The notes: a model not told the origin generated them from the sequence alone. A stretch of DNA of 63,305 nucleotides, filler included, from Platydemus manokwari (GCA_037951405.1; 5 parts of 5 records of this genome joined end to end with filler, not necessarily neighbours in it), one strand, 5' to 3'. Shown: positions 12,801-27,673, numbered from the whole stretch's first letter. Translations and numbers: made by a program.

Positions 12801-15721
12801 TATTTCATCATTTCTTTCATCTTTTGGTTTAGTTGCATGCTCCCTTTAAATTATTTCCCTAATTGTTCGAAAATTCAGCAAAATTATTTGAATATAAGTC
12901 TTTGATGCATAAAAGTTGTCAATTTTTAGTAATAAGCTTAAACTAAGACCTAAATAAGAGTATCAAATTTATCATTACAATTTTTTTAATTTTTGTAATT
13001 TAAATAAAATAAATCACTATACAATCATATTAATAATTAAAATACAAATCAAGTTAATATTCAATTTCATTTAAATACCCAAATTAGGAATAACGATAAC
13101 CAATTTGTTTAATTAGTATTAAGAATACGTGCTGGTTATTTCGTAATTATAAATCATGTTAAATTATATTGAAATATATTAGTGGGAACATCACTTACAC
13201 ATCTTTTAAAAATAATTTAGAAAATAATAAAATACAATTATTTTAAAACTTATCCGATTTTCTTTATAATTGACAGGTAGTTTCGGTTGCTTTCCTTCAA
13301 TTAATTATAAATGACGGCACATTCCATTTAATGGTGCTTAACTTTATAGCCTTGAACTACTGTTATGCTTATCATTCATTATACTACACTTCATACAATC
13401 ACATCATGTTTTATCAAAAAATTTTTATTTAAAATTGTATATAGTTCGAAAATATATCACATAAAAATTTAATATAATTTCAAAGTCATATTATCGAATA
13501 AATAGCTTTATTAATTAAACTCTCTTGGATATCATTCTTTATTTATTAAATATATCACTAATATAAGTTAAAATTAAGGAATTTACATGAACCCAACTCG
13601 TTTTAATCCTTTAAACAGTCTTACGTAAATTTTATTAGACTTTAACTTCTTCATTTTGATGATTATTTTTTCTTAAGTCGATAAGTTTGAAATTTTGTTT
13701 GCTTGTTTGAATTTACAAACCAATTACTTCAATTGATTCTAAAATTTTCTATAAATTCAATTTATTTCAATGCTGGTTATATATCAATATTTTTTGGTTA
13801 CGAAAGAAATTTATAATTTATTTTGAAATACCAGTTATTAAAAAAATTTTCCCCTTAAGACACAGGGAAATTGGAATTTTATAATTCGAATTCATAAATT
13901 TTTGTATTTTATGTTTGTTAGAAAATTTGAAGTAAATTTTATATCTATATCCATCTCAATTTTTATAAAATATTAATTTTCTTTATAGGTTTCTTAAAAG
14001 ATTTTTTTATTATTTTCTTCCAAGATAATAGTCTCTATTTGGAATTTAGATTTGGCTTTATTATCGATTTCTTCAAGTTTGTATATATTCACTAGTATTT
14101 TAATAACATCTAATGGAATTTTAATCGTGTATTTTTTGCCGAACTTTTAACCTAACTTTGTCTTTATAATTTCAATTGTAAATATATATCCCTTTTGAGA
14201 TTCTAAAATATTTAAGTCACTACAATCTTTGTAGACGATTATCATAAAAATCATTGAATAAAAGCTTTGTCGATATTTTGAATATGAATGATTTCTAAAA
14301 TCGATCTACTATGTGATGATGTCTATGGTTATATTGAAAAGGCAGTTTTATGATAAAGCATATTTATTTTTGAAAATTGAAGCTATAATATCCAACAATA
14401 AATAAAATAACAAAAAGTTTTGTTACAATACTCAACACTACCGCTTGATAGTGAAACATTAACGTTTTGTGGTGGAAAATGTATAAAATCTACTGACAGA
14501 TGAATGGTATAATGAAATTTTAATAAACAGCATATCCGTATTTTAATTAGGAAATTTGTAAAATTATTGCCATAAAAATTATTTGATACAACCTGATATA
14601 CCATCAAAAAAGCAATAATAGGAAATATAAATGAATTAACTAAAAATGCATTAAATTAAATCTAGTTTTATAAACGAAATTTTTATTGACGCTTTTTTAG
14701 CTTGGCCAAAGATTTATTCTCCGTGATAATACGATAGACGGGCCTGTCAATCAAATTTAAACAGATTTAAATTACATAATCAATAACTACGAATTTTGGA
14801 AAATGGAGAACTAGTAAAAAAAAACAAATAATTTATTATTGATAAAAATAACAATGTACTTTTTATAAGTTCGTGGATAAAAATTCTAGAAATGTATGAT
14901 GTTATTCTGAGTTGGCTGCTTCAGTAAATTTCAACAATTGATTATTGATATTACTGATACTTTTGGATTTTTGTTATAATCTCATACAATACATTTTTAT
15001 TGAGTTCTTATAAATATCTTGTTTTGTCCCGGTTCGCTACGACCTAGCCACTATTCTAAAGTTTTGCTGATGTAATGTTTTCTTCGGTACTTGTTTATTT
15101 GTAATTTATATAATTTTTTGTTATTATTTCGTTTATTGTGATTAATATTTTATTTAACTATTCAAAAAAGTCAAATTCATGAAATTCTTATTTTTTGTTT
15201 TTAACTATTTTAGTTTTTTTTTCTTATTTATGAAGTTTTGTCAATTTTAAAATTCAACGCACTTCAGGTGTCTATTTTACTAACCGGTTATTATTCAAAT
15301 TTCTAACTATTCAAATTTTGTATATAATATACATTAGAGATATTAAAGTTAAGATATCATATTTATTACATAAATGCAACGGCTTAACGTTTCAGGCCTT
15401 CCGGGACTAAGATTTTTATTTTCTCTGTCAAAACAATTAAGTCGAATTGATTTTTTTGAGGAAGAATGCTTAAATCTTATTATTAGAAATTAGAAGAGAG
15501 ATTTCTATCACTAATTCATTAATTAATGTCATAATTGAAAGGTTATCACGATTTTATTGATTTTATATACTATGTCCAACAGTAGCCCCTCTAGGTAAAG
15601 TTTTGGGATATTTATTTATTATTTAAAAGTACTTTTCTTCATATAGCATTTAATCGTAGTAACTTTAAAGTGTAAAATTCTTTTTATTGTTTGATTAATG
15701 TGCATCTATTCAATTTCAACA

Positions 15722-16402
15722 ATGCTACGACGTCAAACAACTGAAGAGAATGTCTTTATTTTAAATAGTTTTTCTATACCAGAAAACTCATGAAGTGGTC
15801 CCACTTTTTAAAAGATTTTTACGGCAAATCAATTGATCGCAAGTCATTCTGTTCTTTAATTGAGAGATTTGAATCAACTGGAAGTGTTGGCAAAAAGCAC
15901 ACGTCAAACCTCGTGATGATAATTACGTCCATAAAGTTGGTGCAGCTGCTAATGCTGTGAATGAAAAGGATTATATTTTCTTTACCTGGAAGGAATCTTA
16001 GCATTTTATGGGATCATTAAATTGAACTTTGTTAACAAAAGCTATCACTTTTCTTGGCTTCAAAAGCTCATTATCTTTCATACTGTATAGAACTCAGCAG
16101 CATTTCTACCCGTAAATAACAATTTGAACCATAATTTTTGAAATCGCTGTATTGATCTCCAAGGTAATCGTTTGCAATGGCTTACTAGATCATCTGGCTT
16201 AGCATTGTGATTTCTTTATTTAAGGTCATGTAATATAAGTGGTGTATCAGAGTCATCCTCCAACTTTGATGAACATGAAAATAGAATTTGCGGTGCACTC
16301 CATGACAACGGTGAAGGATTGTGTAGAGAGGTATATTCTCGAGTTGTTGAAAATCGAATTTGTCTTTGTATTAATGCAAATGGCGGACATTCTGATTCTT
16401 AA
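15722..16402 (+). mobile_element. Decayed, internally deleted mariner-like (DD37D/DD41D-type) transposase
   Basis: N-terminal LIERFESTGSV; C-terminal CDFF..GH...VVYQSHPPT...CREVYSRVVENRICLCINANGGH; multiple stops and frameshifts. Confidence 0.75.
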
Positions 16403-18059
16403 TAACCTAATACAAACATTTATTTGTAAATTAAACCAAATTTATCAATTATCATATTTTAATAATAATCTTTTATTAAGTTAATAAAAAGCTTTTGTGA
16501 TATATTTGGTAATCTAGTAACTGGCATTAAACTGGCATTGAACATTTTAAGAGAAAATAGTTATAAGGGTTGAACTTTAAAGAAATATTAAATAAGAAGC
16601 CTTGAATAAATTCTATTGAAAATATTTTTTTTGAATAAATGTTAATTTTAATATTACGACGAATGTTTCTTTGATACTTTGGTGGCTGAATCGATTTATA
16701 AATAAACTAATAAAACATTTTTGAATCAATTAGATCTAGCAACCACAATTACATGTGGACAAGAAGTGCTCTAAGTACTGATATAGTATATATATTTATC
16801 ACTTAGTTGATACTTTTGATTGGATATTAACTTTGAGTTGTGATAAAAATTGAAGCAAGACGGATTACTATCTTGACTAAACCAAAACAATGTTGAAGCT
16901 GAGTTGTAAATGATCAATGTGTTATTCAATAAATTTTTTTTAGAAATGAAATTTTAACAATGAAAAAGATAACCCAAAGATGCGTAATACTCTGCGCAAA
17001 CCAATAGTCGCAACATATCCACAACGCGGATACCGTGAGGGTTTCTAAATGAAGAAAATAAACACCTAATATAAGTTTAAATGGCTTGGTAATTAATTAT
17101 ATTAATTGAGTTAGAAATAATTAATATTAAGTTTATAAAGTAATTAAACTATCGAATGAAATATAAAATCAAATTTACTCACTATATTTATTTTCTAAAT
17201 ATATTTTGGTAGTTTTGAAATATTCCTGTAATTAGGAATATAAATGTTACTCTATAAGATACAATTGATCGATCATATTAGACTAATTTTGATTAACAAA
17301 TATCGTTCTACTTCTTTGCTCAGGAATGTAAAATTTTATGTTGTGTCATTCTGAGTCTGACCATTCTTTTCATAGTGATTTTAGTATGCTTGATATTTAA
17401 TCATCTTCGGATAAGATTATACAAAAATAATTTCTTTATTGTTTGATTGACACATTTTTTCCTATGTGAATCAGTATCGTTTTTCGTCATTTCAAATTTA
17501 GATTTTCATATTGTTAATTTAAACTTTAAACCTTAAATTTCTGTTAGTCTTTGATTTTTCGTATTTTAATCATTTTTTACTTTTATTATTAATTAATTAA
17601 TTTCTAAAAGGTTATTCTTGTTAAAAAAATCACAAATACTATCAGGATTATGCACAGCTTGAATTATTTTTATTAGTCAAGTCTGTTGATCTATGTCATG
17701 ATTTGAAGTTGTGAAGATCTCTAAATATAATCAATATGTGGTTTATTAAAAATGAGTGTTTCCTTTGGTTATATAGGCAATGATGGTTTTATGTATATTG
17801 GTAATTTACGTATAGGTTATGTATTAATTTTCTTATATTTAAAATTCTTTTATTTCATTTGATCTTTATCCAATGTAGTCTTATGTTTACCATATTCAAA
17901 GTTTTCATTTAATAGAATTCACACTTATAAACAGTTCTTAGTTGATGTAATTTATAAATAATTTAGAATCGTTGTAAATATTTTTTTTAATAAGTGATGC
18001 GTTTTGGGCTTGCTAGTTTTGTCTTATTATTCTTTTCAGTGGCAGATTTTAACTCGTTG

Positions 18060-18720
18060 TAGATCACTGTCATCTTAATCAGTCTCTCGTGTGTTCTTAT
18101 CAAGCCCTGAGTACGATCTATTGAACCCTTCTTAACTCTATTTTTCACCTCGCGTTTAATACTGTATGATGACAATACCAAACGGCAACAATGATCTAAT
18201 GATTTTGAAGCTATTAGTCTCAACTTAATCAAAAACAAACAAATTTGGGTTTTATAAAACGTATATTGACACAACAAGTACAATTAGATACGGAATATAA
18301 ATTACTACAGTAATGATGAATAAAAATGTTTTGATAAAAATACAATTTATGCGACAATTTCTATCAAGCTTCCGGATAAGTACACGGTTAATAAACGGCA
18401 CTCTTGCAGTAAAACCACCTTTAAGGATGTCCGACACAACTCTATAATAGGAGATATTCACGGCTTTTATAGTAACGATCAGTTTGTTAAATAATGATCC
18501 AACTCAAGTTTATTGGCATATACAATTGAACAACTGGTTGACAAGAATGGTTCTGGGAAATATGGATCGAATACGCTTCAGGCTTAGTGGTTTCTTAAAC
18601 GGGCAACGCACTACAAGCTAGTGGTTTCAGTAAATTAATGGGCTTCACACAATCTTCCTAGTGATTTCAAATAGGGCGAAATTTTGTGGTTTTCAACTCC
18701 CTATTTATACGATTTGAAAT
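18060..18720 (-). repeat. Dispersed repeat, probable LTR fragment (family copy 1)
   Basis: Shares GATCAC..T...CTT.ATCAGTCTC...TCAAGCC...TTTTCACCTCGC, CTAGTGGTTTC and AACTCC(C)TATTTATA (minus-strand TATA box) with 22940..23200. Confidence 0.65.
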
Positions 18721-21513
18721 TTGGATTTATTCGCTACGCTTAAATGAAAAAAAATGGATACATTTATCTTAATTCTTAAGGGATTTACCATTTATTCTTA
18801 AAGATAAACAAATCTCCTAAAGATTACCGATATAAATAATATAATATATTGAATTATTGTCTCACAAAATCCTCAAGGTTTCATCATTTATCTTTTATAA
18901 TTATTTCCGTGTTAATATAATAATAATTATTTCTTTCTCAATTATTTTATCCAGAAGCTTAATTAATACATAAAAATTTTAATTAAAACAATAAAATATT
19001 ACAATTTGATACGCTTGAATTATCAAACCCAAAAATAAAATTGTTACATTTACAAATGCTTGCATAGTCAAGTCAAAATAAAATTCGATACATTAAACCG
19101 CTTATTCAGCTAAACCAAAAATAAAAGTTGATACAATTATACACTGGATATTTATATAATCAAGCTAAAATGAATATTTACTGTTATGAATAAGTAATTC
19201 ACAACTAAAATGTTTTTTCCGAAATTCACAATTGGAATGTTTTTCCGAATCAGTCTATCGAGACGGCATTAGATGCGCAAGTCTGCACTAAAATAATACA
19301 TTTTCTCGAATTCCCAACATAAGTAATAAATTCTAATTTAAAAAAATCAATCGTTTGAAAATTTGTTTAAGTATTGTTACAAAATATATTTTTGGGCAGA
19401 GTTATTTAAAATTCTTATGGTAAAGCATAGATAAAAATAATAAAACAACTTATTCATGAAAATTACGACGTTATATCAGTATTAAGTCAATAAATTAGTG
19501 AAATCAATTATAAAAATTTCAGATATTTGCAGAAGTCTTTTCAATTTTATTCATTAATTGTTTAACATAAAAATTAAAATTTTTGGCAACTGTCGTCAAA
19601 TTCCTCAAATTTCCTACGATTCGGTTAGTTTTTAAACCAATAATGAAGGATAAGTTACCATTTTTCCTCGTTTTGTTAATTTAACAATATTCAATAAAAT
19701 TCATTATTTATTTAAATAACTGTCACCGACAATTAATTGAATATAGTAGATATATTCATATTAAGAATTATTCAAAGAATTATAACCACGAAATTTGAAA
19801 TATTTAATCAATTACTAAAGCACAATCATTAACATGTAAGAGTTCCCAAATATTGGGTGTTAATAGAATTTCTTTTTTATTATAAATTTACTTGATATGA
19901 TAAACGTTTACCAATCGAATAATAATTATAATTATTAAATTTATATTTAGAAATAATGTTAAGATAGAATTAATTTTACTTTGATTTCGCTGAATTTGCA
20001 CATGAAAAATTTATTCCTAGATGGATACTTTTGTAAAATAATTGTAAAAATACAATTTCGTTGTTATTTTTGTCATATATTTTCGTATATCATATGTAGA
20101 AATGTTGCGTATAAATGATATAAATTGATGTAGTACAATGTTCGTGTTACGCCACTTTTTGTTGTTTAGTTCTTCTATTCGGCATGTTGGAGCTATATGG
20201 TTTTGGCGATTTACTATTTGAACTTGCTTTGAGCTCGAAATTTTTATTAATATCTATGAACGTCTTAATTAGTCTCAACTTGGATGTGTATTAGGACTAG
20301 TTGCATTTAACCCCTTGTGCTCTTTCTTTTGTCTCGCGTTAGATGACTTGTGTGAAGACGAGTAGAAGCCCATTGATAGAAATGCTGTTAACGTGGTGTA
20401 AATGCAATTGGTTCTAATTTGTGATGTCAACTCCTACTTATGACGATTCAATTTATTACATAACTTTTAACACAATAACTTCAAGATTTATGTTAAGCAC
20501 ACTGATGTATTAGCTTTTAATTACAACAAATAAAGTGATTATTGAAATTTTTATCGAACATAAAATAACCAAGACAAAAACCAAATTTGTAATAAAATCA
20601 TACTGACGAGTAATGCAAAATACAATAAAGGTGTAAATTCAACAAGTTTGATGACAGGCGCGATAAGTTTGAATAAACAAGTGTCCAAACAAAATTGTTT
20701 GATAACTTGGCACAAGGCGTTATTGGATATAAAATATGATATATTTTAATTATATAAATATTCGGGAAATTGTCTACTTTTTGATTTTATCTATGCATTC
20801 GGATGTAATCAATTTGAATGTCTTGGTTATGTAATCATCAGCTTGTTATTGTCGATAATAGGACTTCTCAAGAAATATGTAAATCTGGTAATATATTGAA
20901 TAAATTTTTTGGAAGTCTTGAAAATGAACCAATACACGCTTCTGTATTTTTTTCGAATAATAGAAATTTCATAATTCTGGTTTAGTGGTATGGATAATGA
21001 ATCCTCTTCTTTAATTTCAGGGATGTTTGATTACTTATTTTTGTTACAGGAAATCTATTCACACTATTGACGACTTGATCAATCTCCAGATTTCTGATGA
21101 CCTTCGCGCTTTAAACCTTATATTAATTGCTATTTTTTTTCTTTGGATAATGACAAAACTCACTGTCTAATATACTGGAATATTTTCTTCAACTATAAAT
21201 GTTTGGGTATTATACTCTTTATTTATTTTATTATTATGCAATTGAAGATCACTGTTGTCTTGATCAGCCTCTGTGATTATCTTTTCAAGGCCATATGTAT
21301 GTTGATTTCTCGTTGTTTCATAGGTGATTTATTACTTGAGCTCAGATCGAACTCCGAACGACCTGTTGTGTTTCGCGTGAAGGGTATAATACAGATATAA
21401 ATTATAATTTGTAAATAGCAATAATGAGATATAACCTGAAAAGTATATTAATAGAACAACGTATTAACAATAATATAGCAAATAGATAACAATTAGACTG
21501 TAATCAATTACAA

Positions 21514-21667
21514 TGTGGCATGTAAACACAGAGTTGGTGAAGTGTTTAGTAGTGATCAGTTATTTAAAGAAATTAGACGATTAATTTATCTTCGAAGGCT
21601 CTGGGAAATGTCTGGTGGTCTATTAGCAAATAAATAAAATTCTTCACAGTGGCGCCAGAGCAACTGA
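21514..21667 (+). mobile_element. Short LTR-like segment followed by a primer-binding-site-like sequence
   Basis: TGTG...AATAAA...CACA then G-TGGCGCCAGAGCA, resembling a TGGCGCC.GA.CA tRNA-type PBS. Confidence 0.5.
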
Positions 21668-22939
21668 TTTTTTCCCCTTATTTATATTGGCTATTTTACT
21701 TGTTTGTTTGTGATTATTAATGCGTCGATATTAATTATTTATTCATCAGAAATTATGTTATTCTTATTGTTATTTTGTTACATCAAATTTTCGTTTTGTT
21801 ATTATATTTTTAGTTGTTATTGTTCTTTAAAAAATATTATTATTAATTTCTGCAATGGTATTTATTAAATTTTATACTAAAATTTGGTGGAAATTATATT
21901 AGCAAGAAATATTAATTAACTTAGTGTTTTAATAAAATATTACAGTATCCATATATTGTGTAAAATTCTTTTGATTTAATAATTTATGCCATTCATCCGA
22001 TCATATCTTGAAAAATAAGTGACTTGTCAAGGTTTCGAAAAAATTGTTACATTAAAATACTAAAATTGGGACAATTGCCATAGAATTATATATTAGAATT
22101 GCTACAATTATACATCAAGATAGATACACTGAAAATTGTTAATCATTTTTATCATTTATGATATTGGAATTGGTGCAGAATCCTAACATAAACAACACTT
22201 ATGTTACTTTTGTACTGTTACTTTTATTATTATAATCACTATCCTTGGTGACTTTGGGCAATGTCCCCGATTTATCAGTTCCCCGGAGTTCTGATGACCG
22301 ATTGGTAGTGATAAACCTTAATTTTGTTTGATATTCGCCTCGATTGCTTCAAATACTCGTATGGAGGCTAGATGGGTGGGACTAGGTATTGCATAATTTG
22401 AAAATCTATTTCTAAACCCTAACTGTAGAGCCTTATAAACTAGCCGTCAATTCTCAAATGGTAGCTGTAAAAATCTATGCGCTGCCTATAAAACACAAGA
22501 AATTTGGGATTAATTTGATAAATAGGTAGAATATACAATGATATTGTATATAACGATATGATTTTATCAGAATAATATATTATGAATCGATTTGTATTGT
22601 CTTCTCGAATAATCAGCAATGTTGATTTTCCAATATGTGTTCTGTGCATATACTTCTCGAACAATCGTCGAATGCCTTCTTCACATAACTTCGGCAGTAT
22701 TTGCCCTAAGACTCTTTAACCAGGGCATTATTTACTATTGTTTTTAAATTGGGCAATGATTATGTTTTGTTAGTAATACTATCATAATAGGAGCCTATTA
22801 TTTTATTGTTGTATATTATATTTTATTTAAAATGGTTTTAGTTATCATAAAAGAAAATATATTATACTTGATGTGTTTCGGGATTGTGGTTATTTTTTAT
22901 TTTAATTATTCTCAGAATTTACTGTGGTTTTTGGTTGTG

Positions 22940-23200
22940 GATCACCGTTGTCTTGATCAGTCTCAAATGAGTTCTAATCAAGCCTAAGGTACAATCTATA
23001 AAACTTTATTCTGATAATTATTTTCACCTCGCAATCGGACTTACTACTTGGTAATGGCAAATGGCATGCACTGTTGATGAGCAAATCGAATAATTTTTCC
23101 TAATGGTTTTGAGATAAATTATAGGCTAATACACTACGAACTAGTGGTTTCAACTAAATAATGGGCGAGTTCTGATGTTTCGAACTCCTATTTATATGAA
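22940..23200 (-). repeat. Dispersed repeat, probable LTR fragment (family copy 2; weaker copies near 21070, 21247, 22270, 45880)
   Basis: Colinear similarity to 18060..18720. Confidence 0.65.
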
Positions 23201-26200
23201 ATTTATTTTGTACGCATAACTGGTCTACTTTGTTTCATAAAATTCTATTCACCATGTATTTCCCATTTAAAACTAAATATTTTCCCTTAACTATAGAATT
23301 TTTATTATTAAAGATATTTAAAATGTTCTAATACTATCTTATTTCCCTTTTAAGATATTTTAATATTATTTCATTTCCCTTTTTGCCAATACCAAATGAT
23401 TATAAAATATAAATTATCAATATGATTACGTCAATGTAATTTTCAATGTATTGGTTTTTTGATCAACCGCTTTTTGCTTATGAAAAATTAATTTGGACAT
23501 AAAAATGATACATTTAAAAATGTATCGAAACACAACTATAACCATTTGAATTTTAAACGATGTTGATTAAAATACATCGTTACTTCATAAAATGATACAT
23601 TCAGTCTCTCTACCTTGAATCCAATTGTTATATTTTTAGAACTCGTATTATTACAACACATTAAAATTGTTTGATTATAAATTACTACTTTTATCAGACA
23701 AATAATACGATATTGTTTACAAAAACAAAATATTGTCAATTGTTTATTGTTAATTTTTTTTTAACTTGTTGACTCAGATTCCCAACATATTTATTAAAAT
23801 AAAATGTATCATGTTATATACATTAAGCTTTTTGATTGAATAAAATGATGACATGTTGTCATGCGGGTTTTCAGAAATTTTTTCTTAAAAATTCCTTTTC
23901 TTTTTCAGAAATGGAGGACTATATTTTGTCTCTATATGGGTGTAATTTTTTATATTTTTCTCAGTTGCCACGTGGGTATTTTTAATCATTATTTATTTAT
24001 AACCTATTTTATAGTTCAATTAATATCTTATCAATATTTATGGGATGTTATGTACTTGAAGGGCCTCAATAGCAAGTATTGAAAACTCTGTTGATATTTT
24101 TTATTTAAATATGTTATCGTGCACTGAGTGCAATTAAGGCTGAATATGACTTAGCAAATGATGAGTTCTGAATATTGTTATTTTGGCGAGATAATATGTT
24201 ATTCATGTACACTAAATTAAATATCGTAGAATTAATATCGAAATACTGAATTATTCAATCATCTGAAAAGGGCAACTATAAGTTAAAAGACTGCTATTAT
24301 TGGTAAGATTTTAATTTTTAAATCAAAGATAATTGGAAAATAAATAGAAAAATAATATCTTTTCCAATGCCCTATGCATCACGAAAGTGAGTAATCGGTA
24401 GTCCGAAGCAGACAGAGGGGATAGAAATCTGTTTAAACTAGATACAATGGCAGTAAAATAATAAAGTGACAAATATTATCATATTTTATAAAAATATTAA
24501 ACGTGATTTGGCATCACCCTAGGCATTAGTAATATTATTATCATTAACATTATTAAATTAGCTATGGATTGGTTGTTGACTTTAAATATTTTGGTTCGCT
24601 GGGGCTTCAGTAACTGGTATGAAGACCGAATTATTAGGAAATTATTTATTGAAATTAAAGGTTTGCTGCACAGAGGAACTGACGTTGCTCTGGGCCTGGA
24701 ATGATGAAATTACGAATCCCTTATTTTTTTTAATTCGATTTTATTAATAATGTAGAAATCTTTATATGATCAGGATTTACAACAGGATAAAGTAGTTAAA
24801 TATGTCAGTAACTTATATTCTAACTGATTTTTCTAAGATTTCTTGAAAATCAGTCTTTGTCTTCTGTTTTGGCGTTTAACTTTCAGGTGCTGATCCCACT
24901 TTGCGTTGATTATCCATTGTTGATTTACAGTGACTTTTATTCTGTTTAGTGACGATTCGGGTTTTGTAATCCATTGTGGTTTATAATTACAATTTTCAGT
25001 ATTCAGCTTCAGTTGACATCGATAACAATGATAATTAGCAATAAACCTTACACCTCTTCGCACAGTTAAAGTTGTTTATTATTGGTAATGAGCTGGATCG
25101 GGCTTCTGGAATTTTTAGTTTTTTTTACACTTCATGATTATAAAATATGTGCCCATTAAAATAAAATATCATTTAAATATTTAGAATTTTCTCTTTATAT
25201 ATTTGTATCGTATTGCCATTTATGAAGTGTATAATTGTTTTGTCACGAAATAATTGTACATTTTAATAAAAATTATACACTATTAAATGAAAAAATAAAA
25301 TTACATTATCTGTCAAAATAGCAATTATTCACAAAATCACGGATCAAAATAAAGGTTGAATTTTCTAGCATGTTACTTTCGGGGTTTAAAATTGTCAATA
25401 TCAGTTAATGAGTGTTATACTCCTTTCAATTACATGAAAGATCAATTATGTAGTTATAAATTAAGTGAAGTATATAATACTAGAGGTAACATTCCTAATT
25501 TTCCGCACATCTGCAAAAGAATATCCAAATGATGATCAAGCTCCGACAAAACGCTTCTGATGGCTTTTTATATGTGATTCTTTAAATTCATTCTTTTTAA
25601 AAATTAGCTTATCGTCAAGATGACTAATAATTCTATTTTTTTCGTTGTTCTTGTAATGTGATTGTCGTATTGTTGTGTTGTTGTGAACTTCGATTCGATA
25701 TTTATAGTCATTCATATTTGCTTAACTACGAAATTTCTCACATCTTTCACTCTTCAATCGAAAGAATATTTTGGTTTAATTTTGACCTAATTATTATTAA
25801 TTGACATTATTAATTATTCTTGTTTTTATCGTTTTATATTTTATTTTTTAATACTTCCTAATGTATTTTTTGACTTATTGTTTTTATTGCTTAGTAGTTA
25901 TTGTGTTTTAGTAATAATTCTACCTATTTATTGTTTTGCTTATTGCATATTATATTTCTGGGATCTTTTCTTAAATCGCAATTAGCAGGATGTCATAAAT
26001 AAGAATTGGCTGATTGTTATATTGATTGAAGTAGATTAGTGATGAAATTAAGCATTTTAAACTTTTATTTCTGCTCATCGAACAGTAATGAAATGAAAAT
26101 CGCTTTCCTCTGTTGTTTTGATTATTATTTTGAGATTTCTTATTATATATGTATATACGTGCCACTATTAAAAATTCTGTCCTTCGTCTTCCTTTTCAAC

Positions 26201-27573
26201 ATTAAATATTGGAAGATAAAGATAAAAAATAATTAACATCGATATATAGTAAAATGTTCAACACAAACCGTTTTTCACTAATTAAACTCAGAACTAATTC
26301 AATTAAAATTAATCACTGAAAATCAGTGAAATATCAATATGGATTGGATAGATTTGATAGCAATAGAATAAGGAATTAGAGAAAGGGCATTGACGATGGG
26401 TTTTGCAGATTGGATTTGAGAATGGATTTGAGGTTTGTAGATTTGTTGAAAATAACTAAGTTATTAATTAACGTGTTATTATTATCGATCCCGACCGGGC
26501 TCCAACATTTTTATTTAAACTTAAAATTTATTGAATTTGGTTTGGGAGTGCGGATGGTTGTTGATTTATTATTGAATGATGTTCTTTTTTATTTAATTAT
26601 TTTGCGCGATTTAACCTAAACTCACTGGTCCTAAAGGGGCTTAAACAACTGGTATTGGAGACCAAGCTGTTGAAAATCAAATTTAATATGTTGACTTTCA
26701 GATGATAGCACAGAGAATGCGTCGTCTCTCTGGGCCTAGAATGATATGAGATTCAAAATTAATTTGATATGTGTAGTTTACAATAAGTCGAATCGTTAAT
26801 AATTAATGTAGTGAGAACGAAACTTGGGTTTTCAAAAATATTTATTTAAGAAAACGAATGTAACAATTAATATGAAAAATGAACACAAAAATTTGAGCTA
26901 ATATCTCGTACCACGCCTCAGCGATTAACGAGTAATCCGGTATACGGACGGAGATTGTTAATGGTACGGAGAGAAGATGTAATTTATAGAGTTAATAAAT
27001 TCATATAACTTTAATTATGTTCGTGCTATTAAATTTACGGTTAAATTAAGTTAGTAGATAAATGAATGATAAAATTGTGCAACAAAACTGAAACCTTACT
27101 GTGCTTGTAGTGCCACTCTGCAGAATTCCAATGTATATAAGAAAAATCCTCGGACAGCTGTCGATTATTTCGAATATTTCCTTATCAAAATCCAAATGCG
27201 ATATCGTCGACAATATGGCTTCTATAAGTTTCTTTCTGTAAAAAGTTATTCAAACCAGCTGCGCGTATATGACAATTAACCTGTATCCGCCTTTCAAAGG
27301 TCACAAATATCGATAATTTTGGAATATGTCAGTGATGATTAGATCAGTGTGTTTCTCGCTATTCTTTTTTCTCGTACTTTGACTTTTTGTGGTTTCAGTT
27401 GTGTTGTAGGTGGTGCTATGATCAACGTCGTTTTTTATATACGCCGATCAAGTCCACCCCCTCACACTGCTCTTCATGCCGTTCATTTTTTGCTAATTTT
27501 TTCACACGCTTCGTGTGAATAATTAATGATTGTATCTGATTCTTATTATCTATTATAATTGTCTTTATTATAT

Positions 27574-27673
27574 NNNNNNNNNNNNNNNNNNNNNNNNNNN
27601 NNNNNNNNNNNNNNNNNTTAATTAATTAANNNNNNNNNNNNNNNNNNNNNNNNNNNNNNNNNNNNNNNNNNNN
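27574..27673. other. Assembly gap linker
   Basis: Same 100-nt structure. Confidence 0.97.

Noticed and set aside
21085-22320. CTGATGA motifs at about 21094 and 22291 as hammerhead ribozyme cores
   Set aside because: No stem II plus GAAA at a suitable distance; they belong to the dispersed LTR-like repeat.
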